Assembly: GCA_040954595.2 (NCBI GenBank)
Contig: CM082578.2
Coordinates: 8,417,519-8,481,518, forward strand
From: Balanoglossus misakiensis
Lineage: Eukaryota > Animalia > Hemichordata
Direction of reading: 5' to 3'
DNA length: 64,000 nt
The stretch's first letter is position 1. Each line of letters begins with the position of its first letter. Shown here in pieces: positions 13,557 through 25,400 of the stretch. A program made the position numbers and the translations under genes. Below the pieces are notes generated by a model. The model made no database searches. It had not been told where the DNA came from and worked only from the letters and a program-made list of their open reading frames with translations.

Positions 13557-15699
13557 TATGGCAGATTACTTCCGGTCACTATCCTGGAAAAAAAGGGGAG
13601 ATTGAAAGAACACTTTGCCATTAAAATTTATGGATTGAACAGGATGACAGTGACTATGTATTTTAAATTAAAATTTAATATTTATCCAGAACTTTTCCGT
13701 GTTTGCTCTATTATGCATCAATGCAGCTTCATGTCTCATCCCTGAACTACATTTTACTATTCCCAGTTTAACACAGTTCAAACATGAACCAGTATTATTA
13801 TTATTGTCAGTATATTTATATCAACATTTTTAACTGTGGACTTTAAAGTCAACAGTGCGAGGGGTGAATGCAAGAAAACCTTTAGTTCATCACACAGAAC
13901 CAAATTCTGGAGAAGTATCAAAACATATGTAAAGAATAAAGAAAGGAATGTTGATTTGCTGTAATTCTTTTTCCCCTGCTAGTCCAATAAACAGAACCCT
14001 CAGGGTGACACATTAAGCTGTATGACTGCATCTGTTGGCAAACACTGTGTGATATTTCCAATCCGTGGGGGACTGCTAAGTGCACAAAGGACAAAGGATT
14101 TTTCTCAATTGAAATCACGCTTTCAGTTGTCTCGCCAAGAGATATTTGAGCTGGACATTCTTTCAATAGCAGCACGAATATGACACCATGTTGCGCGGCA
14201 GAATTTGACCATTTGATGCAACAGGTGGGTCTTCATTGTATCAGCAGATCCGAACAATTCTAGCACAACAATACATTAAGACAAAATAGGGCCAAATTCT
14301 GAGTTTTAATACATATTGCTTTAGGCAAACAGAGGCAAATGTGAATATTCGAATAATGCAAGTCCAGCCCAACGGATCAAACCTTTAATGGCATCAGGTG
14401 CCAATTCAATTATTGGGTTTAACTTTCACTGAAAAGAATTCCACATTCTCAAATGTGTTGTATTCTGCCTCAATCAACTTGTTAGAACACATTCAATGTT
14501 TTAAATGTTAATTGTAATCTTTTCAAACTGTCCATTGGATCATAAGAAAAGTAAAAGATTTCGCACAGAATGGACTGTCCTGTACAGTGTATTATCTGTA
14601 TCTGAGATCCATGCACTTCAGGCTATCACCGCCACTACATGCCTTGATCACCACTGGCAAACCCAGTGTGTTAATATCTTCCGTTTTCATAGATCTGAAG
14701 GAAAGTTGTACCTGCTAGCTTGTCAAAGCTGAAAAATGCAGTGAAGCGTGTATAAAATTCATGGTAATTTTCTAAAGACTTTTGGCTGATTAATTGTTGA
14801 ACTTGTGAAAAGAGAGCGCACAGTGTAGGACCCACATACTCGAACACAAACTCTGCCACACATTAATCTGAAAACTAGCAAGAATAATTAAAATGTTTAT
14901 TATTTACGTGTAATCCCCCCCCCCAAGGAAAATTAATGTCATTTCACAGGAGTTGCAACAGGAGTTAAAAAACAATTGAACCACCTTAGCAACACCTGTG
15001 TAATAATGAGCAATTGCCTGGGGAGATTTAATTGCCAGTTACATGTGAACACCGCCACAATCTCTCAAAGTATTTGTGTCTATTTGTTCAAGGAAACAAT
15101 ATTGAATGGATACTGCCCAAGGGTCATCACTAATTTCTTAACACCCCCCCCCCCTTCCCAAGAATTTCTACCCACATTTGTATAGGAAAGGAAATGTTTA
15201 AACTTGTCAATACTCGATGCATTGTGGGCAATGTGGAAAGAATAGGGAAAAATAATTTTTCCCTTCCAGTCTTTCCTGTTGTCAAGTTTGCATTTATTTA
15301 TTATGTCAGTTATATGATATGGAATATCTGTCCGAAACTAGATTAAATTACTACCGTTATATTCTTTCGACTTCGGGACACAACTTTCTTTTCAGCTGTC
15401 CCGCGGCCGTCTCCGCCATTATAATTAATAAGTAATATAATGCATAACTACACGACTGCCTTAATTTCCGCACTGTCTAGAATTTCCCACGAGTAACAGT
15501 TAACGTGCAAGTAGATCAAAGTGTATGGAGTGACAAGTGGGGGACTTTAAGAACTTCCAATATTTGGCAAATGAGGCCGACTCTGGAAAGGAGTATTTGT
15601 TAGAATGTTTCCCTGGCTGGAAACTTCTGACAGTCTCTAGAAACTTACTTTGACCGAGCCAGCTGTGATGCGCCGTCCTCAGGCTTGTCGATTCCACTT

Positions 15700-16412
15700 C
15701 GGTAATTGTGTCCACTACCATCGCACTAACCCGTATCACGGCGTTGGAAGTAGCTAGCTATTTGTCAAGTTTCACCTTTGGCTTCTTGTTGCTACGTCAT
15801 TATAACCACGCCAACTTCTGTTTACTATCGGCGTTGCTACGGTCCTCGTAAACACCACAGTGCAGCGTTAGCGCCGACGCGACGCAAACAATACATTCAA
15901 GAGATAACCTGACCTGAACGGGTCCGTTAGTTTAGCTATATATGGAAAACCTATTACCAAATACGGAAAGCGCGGGAGAAACGCACGTTTAATAACATTG
16001 AGGCTGAACATGACTGTTCATAGTTTGTTAGACTTTCCGCTCGTATTCCATGGGTTGTCGTGAGGTGACCGTTCATACATATGGCATACGGGCGTTTTGT
16101 TTATTTCATCAGTTTTCTGCGGGGAGAAATGTGCGTGACGTATTCTGGCAGGTGCTCGGAACACCCCCCTTGTGAAAATGGAACCGCCAAGCAACGTCTG
16201 CTAGCTGAAACGATTCATGCAGTGCGTGTCACGACGACATCAACATCTTCCGGTAATTCTGCGGCGTATACTATATTCTGTGACTGCTGGGTGCCTAACG
16301 GTAGACCTGTGAATGTGATCGTAGACGCCGACACTGGCAAATTTATATTATCCCACGACAGAAAACTGTATTTAGGACACAACAGATATCTGTACATAAA
16401 CCCAACACAGTA
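15700..16412. promoter_or_regulatory. CpG-rich putative bidirectional promoter between the CaaX gene (-) and the COPS9-tail gene (+)
   Basis: Marked CpG enrichment relative to flanks; candidate minus-strand donors near 15775 and 15912. TSSs not determinable. Confidence 0.5.
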
Positions 16413-19400
16413 ATGGGTTGCGGAATGAGCGCACGCTTCAAACGAAGTAGACCTTCCGTGAGCGCCACAGAGAGCACGCAACAAGAATTTTTGACGGAAG
16501 CCGAAGTCGATTCCGTGCGCGCACGTCGCGACACCACTACAAGCAACAAAAGATCAAAATCTATGGGATCCCTTTTCCATTCAAGAAAGGTGTGTAACTT
16601 TGGCGATGCGGCGACCAGTGACAGTTCAGTGCACGCACCGGTCACCTTGAAGTCCGAAAAGAAACGGCGGTCATCTCTAGCGCAGGATCTGGTAAGTGTG
16701 GAACAGTTTGAGCTCCCCGGCGAAATGCACATAGAAACGCAGAAACACATGCCAAAGTTCAGAAGAAGTGTTGACGAGAGACAAAGTTTGCTCGCAACGG
16801 ACAGTGAGCCGAATATCACCACAGCCGCATCGTCGTCGATTTTTGCGTCGTCGTCGGGTGTCGAAGTTTGTGGCAGCAGCACCGTCAGCATTGACACTGC
16901 AGAGAGACATGCAGTGGCTTCCGTGGACAGCGGTTTTGCGTTTGTCGACGGTGCAAAAAGTTCCACCCCCGAAAGACACACGAACGGCAGCTGTGACAAC
17001 AAAGTATGCGACCTCGGAGCCGGAGTTGTCAACGATTCAAAGCATGTCACTTGCGGCAGGGAAACTGAAAGTGAAATTGAGTCAGTCAGTTACCATGGTA
17101 ACGGACAGATAGAACACTCTCCGAGTCAAGAATCGGGGGACGTCAGGGAAAAGGATGGCACGGTCGATGAGGTGTCAAACGGGGATGAAAGTTTTACCGT
17201 CCACAAAGACTTGGGGATCGAATTGCCCGAGGAACTCAACGGGGATGAGGTGGACGGTAATGGCCAGAGCAGCGCGCACAGCCCCTCCAGCCCCGTGCAG
17301 TTGCAACAGAACGGTGGGACGTCTGCTGCGACACACGCCGTGCACTGCCCCAAACTAAAGATCGGAGTGAAAACACTTGAGCAGATTGTAGAGGTTGGCA
17401 AGATGGTATCAAACCCCGCCGAGCACAGTGTCGTCTACGAAAGCCCGCTGGAGGAGAAAATGATAGGAAATGGAGAGCGACATGCGTCTACTTCTCTGAC
17501 ACTAAGTGATGTTGCGGATGAAGAACCCCTTAATGTTGTTACCAAGGCAACTGCCTCATCATTTGAGCAGCCACTTCTTGATGGTGATGTTGTAGAGGAT
17601 GAACTCTGGCCAGGCGTAGTAATAGTGCATGTGCACCAAGATTTTTTTAATGGTGAGTATATATTTTCTGCTGGCAAATTTGATGTTTTGCCCCTGGAAG
17701 TCTGAGAGCCAGTACTCTGTGCCAGATTATTCAGAAGGTACACAAGATATTCAAGAGGAATGTAGACACTCCAGTGACCTGTACTAAACTAATGACCTCA
17801 CTAATTCAAGCTTTTTTTTGTGAAGTTTTGAAAAAAAAAGATTGAATAATAGGTTGGTATGTGATATATGGAACACTTTTCATTCTACACCCCCCCCCCC
17901 CAAAAAAAAAGTTCAGTCCCATGAAATCACACAGTATAACAATATTAAGTCACACGAGTAGTTCATTTGTGTGTGACTTGGGTGACTTTGCAATCTGGTG
18001 ACTCTTGATCACTGACCCCTTTCCATTGCTGAACAGCTTTCCATCTTGATAAATAGACAAGCACTCACAGAATCAACATTTGTCCAAACAAAATAGGCTA
18101 TTAGAAATCAAATAGGCTACACATACATTTGTCCCATCTGGGATGATCACAATATCGCCACATTGCAGAACGTGCAAATACTGTACCTCCTCCTGTGCCA
18201 AAAACATGCACACACAATATTTAAGATGTACTGGTAACCTTTCCAAAGAGTACACCACACACTCTCCAAAATGCCCATAGGAATAGGATTCTGCAATCTT
18301 GTACAATCTTTAAAATGTCATTTAGGATGAGATATCACAGAAAGTATGTCAAGCGTATCATTTCAAAATGATACGCTTCAGGTACTTAGTGCAATAGAAC
18401 TACAATTATGAGAAAGTGAGCTCATGCTTTTCAATTTGTGAGAGAAGAATCATCCAGACACATCTGGTAAATTTGGGTTTATTCATTTGAAAATCAGTCT
18501 GGGCACATTCCGTATTATTGTAAGTTTAGATTATTTGATTCAAAATCATAAAATTGACATGTGAAAAATTATGTGGCTTCTCAGTGAAAGTAAATTAACA
18601 TCAGTGTGTTTGTGGCCTCGGGAACTATTAAAGTTGATTATCAGAAAATTGCAGTTTAAATGTCATTGGTACATAGATCGTAAGAGAGCACACTCAAAGC
18701 ATGCACCTACAATAACGTGTATATCACTAATTTTTGCACAGAATGAACAGGAAAAAATTATGATGTACAATTTCTTCCAGTTTGGTATGATATCGCTCGA
18801 TCGTGAGTTTCCAATTTGTGTCAATCCCCTTTTAATTTGATGAGGCACTGGCTGAGATTCAGAAGAAAGCGGACATTGACAGCTATAGCTACCCACAGAT
18901 GGACCATAGATATACATCTCTCATAACATAAATGCATCTGTCGGACTGAATAGCCATTGACAAGACACAGCTCTCTGTCACTCCCACTTTTGACCTGAAT
19001 TGGTGCCACTGTGTTTAGCACTCTGACATCAGCTGTTTGTCTGTCCCTTTGTTGCACGGTTGCTTTATTTTGGCTTATTTCCAAGTGGGGATCTATTATA
19101 TTGTAATCAAATGCAGCATTTCAGCTATACTCCAGTGGGCCAGATTAGTAGATACCGATAAAGATTACCAGTTTTGGTATCAATAAGTTTAAGATCATGG
19201 TTGCATTATAATGTTTGAACAAAGTGCTTATAAGCAAAATTATTGTAAAGTGGTACATGCTTTTAAACCTTTCACCACCATGGTTCAGTCCATACCCATT
19301 GTTTGGGAAAATTTGAGATGATTATGATATTTTTTGAAGTTGTTGAAAAAAATGTTAGAAATATACCTAACAGTATGCTTACTTGTATAACAAATTAACA

Positions 19401-22400
19401 ATATTGTCACATAGACATGTCAACATTCATTGAAGAAAAAAAGTCATTGTTATTTTGAAAGTCAGTGCATATATATTGAATGTCACTCCCCTCTCCCCTC
19501 TCCCCCCCCCTCACAACAAATGCTCTCCATTTAATCTACGTTTATTTCATAGTTCCGCGCCTTGAAGAGGTGAACGCTGCTTCGTCTTGAATTGCCTATT
19601 GTGGATGCATATGATTGGTCACACATCGTGCTATTTTACCAGAGATTTTACATTTTTCACATAAGTTGCATCGTAGAAAGTATTCTGTTCAAGTCAACGT
19701 TGTCGTCATTTATGACCGTATTTTTCATGATAAAGAAGAAAAAAAACGATAAAAGCCTGACTATCATAAAAGATACTTAGCTATTGCTACACCTAGTCTT
19801 CCTTTTGCAGTGTACTTGCAGTCAGTAATGGGCTCAGACATGATGAATGTGCCATATAGTCACAATCGACCCACTGCCTATTAAAACGCGAGTAAATGCA
19901 CAGAATTCACGGGTGTGTAATTTTAGATGTTCAGGTTCATTCGAGTGTGATGAGGGTTTTATCCTTGAAAGGAACGTTGAAGTAATTTGTCAATATAAAC
20001 CAGAAACCAATGATCATCAGTTGGCTTGATTTTAGCGTGAGGTTATCCTTGTGCATTTTGTAATATTGGGGACTGGGTTTACAGTTATTTCCACTGATGC
20101 CTTTGATAGCAACATTTGCTACAAATCGAAACAAAGAACAATAGAACAATCAGGAATCACCGCATATTAAACATTTTATACAAATAAACAATGGACTCGC
20201 ATTCACTACGGGAATTGGAAAAAAAATGTTTATGTTATGTTTTACGATACATATATGTACCAGAAAACATATAAACATTTTTTTCCCAAATCTCCACGAT
20301 TTAAAAAAAAGGGTATAAAATGTGAAAATATAGAAATGTTTTTTTCAGCTGTCAGGTTTAATTATATTAGGTCACCAAGATGCAGTCTGTTTTCAAAACT
20401 GTCTTGCTCGCACGAGAATAATAATCCATATTCCGCCTATCTATTATGAATAGATATTACCGGAAACTTATCAAATCAAATCAAATTTTTATATTGATGT
20501 AGTTGCATGACTTCAATATGACATGCCCAGGTATTGATAATCAATATATTCACAGCACGCATTTGGCTGAAAAATCAACGGAGAGCAATATGTAGATCAA
20601 CAAATTTTAAGCTCTTCCGATTTAAGTGGAATGAGTTTCATTAACCAACTATACAGCGTCGTGCGTTGTATGAAAACAGATTGAAATGCCAAGGTGTGGG
20701 AATATATGCAAGCTGTTGGAAAGGTATCCTTGGGCTCTAATTGGTACGGTTAACGAGTGTATCTCGTTAGTTCCGTGGAATGGTTCATGCAGATATAAGG
20801 TTTATAGTTGTCTGATGCCGATTTATTGATTAACTTCCACATTTGTGTGAGTGAAAACATCTACTGAACTTGGCAATGCATCTGTCAAAATTGGATTTGG
20901 TTTCATGACTTTTCTGAGTCATAGGCGATCGCCGTGTATATACAATGTAATTCCCACGCGACTGTGGGTTTATAGTTGTCAGGTGTCTTTGTCCAATTCC
21001 CTTCATTTCCAAACCTATTAAAGAGCCTCTGTTTCTTAATTTGTTTCTTGAGACGCTTTCATGTATGAAATCGAAACAGGAATGTTCTGAAACCGGCAGC
21101 TTTGGGAGAATGTCGTATTCACTATAATTTTTTTTTTGCCAGTATTTGAAAAATAAAAAAATTAGCCATTCAATTTGTTCCCTTCTTAGTACCAATTGGT
21201 TTCCACAGTTCCAGACAGTATGTTCACACCCAGCACGGAAATCCTTCAACAGCGACAATCTCTAGTACAGCGAATGTATGGTAGAAGATATTCCAGGCGG
21301 GTATCCTGCCCATTAAAGAACGTCTGCAAATCAACCGTAAAACTAGCCCATTTACAAAATTTGCATAAGTGAAAGATGGCAGTGAATACATGACAAGTTT
21401 AACGCACAAAATGAGAGCCCCTATAGTGATTTCATGGTGGCACAGAAGTGTTATTCTTTTATCAAATTTGTCTTAATGTAATAAATAACACAATTTTTTT
21501 TTACTTGCAGAAGTAGCAATTCCTCACACCATTACATGTAATTATAGTACCCCCAGGGTACAGTGATTGCTATGTGGAACAGTGTTGCTGCCACGTTCAC
21601 TCACCCATTAACACCTTAACTAACTGGATTTAACAAATCCTGTTTTTTTTTCTTCACAAATTTAGGTCAACCCCGATTTCCTTACTGCATTGTTTCCATT
21701 ACAATGTTAAACAAATACGTGGATCCTTGTCATCGACAAATAAAATGATATTACGCGTATTACATCACAGATCACTCACTTTCTCTTTATATGCTCGTGC
21801 CGTGCCACGATTGGCCAGATTTCATGATTGGTCAGAAAAATACAATGATTTCGCTGAGGATTTGGTCTTCTCAACTGTTGTGCAGTCACTGTCTCACATG
21901 ACCGGTGCAGAGGTGTCATCGGGCAAGTATGGTGTGTTACTGAGTGGGTCCCCGATGGATATAGTCGTAGAACAGGGCGAGATTTTGTTTCAACACATCG
22001 ACATACGCACCTACAAACATACCCAAGTGTGTTGCACTTTCTCTCACGTATCCTCTGGAGTGAAAATTTGATATTGAGCAGATCCCAAGTATCTGTGGTG
22101 TTTGTGCTGCTGATAGGTGAAACCTATAGAATTTGAAGGACTACATACCTTAATTTATAAAAAGCTATGCGGGCACGTATACATGTAATATATAAGGATG
22201 TATGATCAGTAAAATTGAAACTATTGTTATTTCTTTTAATTTCTAATTTTTTAATCTCCTTTGTAAGTGTTATGAAATCTGTAATGACATGTAGGAGTCA
22301 TCATGCTAATTTTAATGAAATATTGGACTATGACTTTAGCCATGATTAAAAAAACTGCTTCAGTGGTTTTCTATAGGCAAAAGCATTTCATAGTTCTTAT

Positions 22401-25400
22401 TTCAAACAAATTTATTTGAGCATTGAATTTAATTTCAATTTTCTGCACAACGTGCAAAATATGTGCGTGTATATTCGTAGGTATGCATTTATCTCCAGAT
22501 TTGTTTGGACAACTGTTGCATGATGTTCAATGTCACCTAGTGTTTTCCATCGCACAGCATATTATTCTGGAATAGGACAGTTGATACTAATGGCCATGTG
22601 TTGCACCTAAAACAACAATTCAAGTATGAAAAGTTTGTTGTGTAGAACTAGAAACATCAGTGACGGGCATAGAAAAGTTTTCTCTCTTCCCCCCTCCCCC
22701 ACCCTCCAACTGACCTTGCTACATCTCTACACAGCAATTCAAAAAGTCTAATGCGTATCAATCACATCATGAAACTCCTATTACTGGTTTTTGTTGTGGA
22801 TAATGTTGATGTCTGTTAATATGCCTGGTGACAATTGAGTTGCTACAGCCCCTAGCTGGCCTGCATGGTGACGTACATTATCTTGGGGTAATAATTGATT
22901 GGCTATCCATCATAATAATTGTGTTCGCTATGAATTATATTTCCCATATTAAAGCTCGCAATGAAGAGTATACAATACTACTTTTACAAGGTCTGAAACA
23001 GACTTTTTAATTCTGTCTGTTGCCATGCAACACTCATAAGTTTTCTATAGTTCCACACCATTGATTGGCACATACTCGTACACAACAGGTGTCGTCAGAA
23101 AGGTCAGCAAATGATCTGATCTATGTTGACCATGAAGCTTTCTGAAAAAAGACACTTTCGCTAATCCCCCGTTAATAGCTATCATGTTACTTTTAATGGT
23201 ATTGAAGTAAAAATGCTTCAATGGGACTGAAAAAAAAAAGTCTTCTATATCATCCATTCTTTGCTGCTCAAGTTATTTTTTTTCAATCTACATTATGGTA
23301 AAAAGCACTAACAGTGTTATTAGGGTTTCGAGACCAGAGGGGTCTCGAAACCCTCTTGAAATCGTGTTGTTTTTAGGGCACAAGCCAAGCAGGCTTGTGC
23401 CCTATTGGTATTACTGGGGTTTTTCATCTTTAGGGCACAAGCCAAGCAGGCTTGTGCCCTATTGGTATTACTGGGGTTTTTCATCTTTAGGGCACAAGCC
23501 AAGCAGGCTTGTGCCCTATTGGTATTACTGGGGTTTTTCATCTTTTTTTTTTTTTTTTTTTTTTTTTTTCTTGTGTAGTTTTTTTGCTCAGGTAGATCTT
23601 GAAAACGGCTGAACCTACAAATCTCAAACTTGGCACAATGGTGCAGGTCTATGAGAGCTCGTGCAGTACCCTCGTGAATGTGTAATTAGTCACATGACCT
23701 GATGACCATATATGGGCAAAGTTTTCAAATGGGCCTAATTTGCATATGAATGACGATATCAAAATTCTGTGCAATCATTTTGCGGACCATATGGTCAGTG
23801 TCCTACATGCTAAATTTCAAGGCTCTGGGCCTAGTCAATTTTGAGAAGAAGATTTTTAAATATTATATTTCATATTTTTTGGACCCAGCCATAGGCCTAT
23901 ACTTTCTATAGTTAAGCTATGATGCTATGTCCACATCTGTGCAATGGTCCTGTACTGTGACTCTCTATTGGCCCGTGAGCAAAATGGGACCAAAATAAAA
24001 GGCAAAATTTTGGGCTCACCTGTAACACCTGCTTAACTCATTAATTATGTGCATACCTAATTCTGGGCTAACTAATAGGGCTAGAGGTTTTGTGCTTGTG
24101 GGACATGGACCAGTATAGGGTAAAAAAAAAATTGCCCAAATTTTGGGTGACCTCAGGTGACCTTTGACCTACTTTCCTATATCTCGGCATCCAGAGCAGG
24201 TACAGACTTGGCGTTTGGAGGGTTGGGACTAAAATTTAAAAGCCAAAATTGAGGGTCACCTGTGACACCTGCTTATCTCATTAATTATGTGCATACCTAA
24301 TTCCAGGCCAACCAATAGGACTAGAGGTTTGATTTTTGCTGAACATGAACCAGTATGGGGTCAAAATTTCTTGCCCAAATTTTGGGTGACCTCAGGTGAC
24401 CTTTGACCTACTTTACCATATCTCGGCATGCACAGCAGCTACAGCCTTGGCATTTGGAGGGATGGAACTCCTGATGGAGCCTTACACTTTACCTCATTAA
24501 TTATGCACATACATAATTGTAGGCGAACCAATAGGGCTAGAGATTTTGTTCTTGTGGGACACGGACCAGTATGGGGTCAAAATTTCTTGCCCAAATTTTG
24601 GGTGACCACTTATGACCTTTGACCTTCGGCTTAAGCTTGGGCCCGTCATCGCTGCTTGCAGCTATATTTTTTTTTTTTTTTTTCTTGTGTAGTTTTTTTG
24701 CTCAGGTAGATCTTGAAAACGGCTGAACCTACAAATCTCAAACTTGGCACAATGGTGCAGGTCTATGAGAGCTCGTGCAGTACCCTCGTGAATGTGTAAT
24801 TAGTCACATGACCTGATGACCATATATGGGCAAAGTTTTCAAATGGGCCTAATTTGCATATGAATGATGATATCAAAATTCTGTGCAATCATTTTGCGGA
24901 CCATATGGTCAGTGTCCTACATGCTAAATTTCAAGGCTCTGGGCCAAGTCAATTTTGAGAAGAAGATTTTTAAATATTATATTTCATATTTTTTGGACCC
25001 AGCCATAGGCCTATACTTTCTATAGTTAAGCTATGATGCTATGTCCACATCTGTGCAATGGTCCTGTACTGTGACTCTCTATTGGCCCGTGAGCAGAATG
25101 GGACCAAAATAAAAGGCAAAATTTTGGGCTCACCTGTAACACCTGCTTAACTCATTAATTATGTGCATACCTAATTCTGGGCTAACTAATAGGGCTAGAG
25201 GTTTTGTGCTTGTGGGACATGGACCAGTATAGGGTAAACAAAAATTGCCCAAATTTTGGGTGACCTCAGGTGACCTTTGACCTACTTTCCTATATCTCGG
25301 CATCCAGAGCAGGTACAGACTTGGCATTTGGAGGGTTGGGATTAAAATTTAAAAGCCAAAATTGAGGGTCACCTGTGACACTTGCTTATCTCATTAATTA

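Noticed and set aside
12936-13624. Plus-strand ORFs of 135, 142 and 89 aa
   Set aside because: Antisense shadows of the GC3-rich CaaX gene.
17653-17705. Last 17 codons of the 430-aa ORF (GEYIFSAGKFDVLPLEV)
   Set aside because: Begins at a consensus GTGAGT donor; more likely intron read-through than the true C-terminus.
16343-17743. Minus-strand ORFs of 235, 100, 91 and 102 aa
   Set aside because: Antisense shadows of the large coding exon.
18351-18378. 13-bp-arm palindrome AAGCGTATCATTT-CA-AAATGATACGCTT
   Set aside because: Single short palindrome without TSD or second copy; nothing further supportable.
23374-23544. Palindromic 57-bp direct repeats resembling a CRISPR array
   Set aside because: Units are fully identical with no unique spacers, there are no cas genes, and the context is eukaryotic; explained as transposon heads.
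23295-23612. 105-aa and 73-aa repetitive ORFs, plus the repeated 64-aa MHSSYSLG ORFs downstream
   Set aside because: By-products of the tandem repeats; no splice context or protein-like features.
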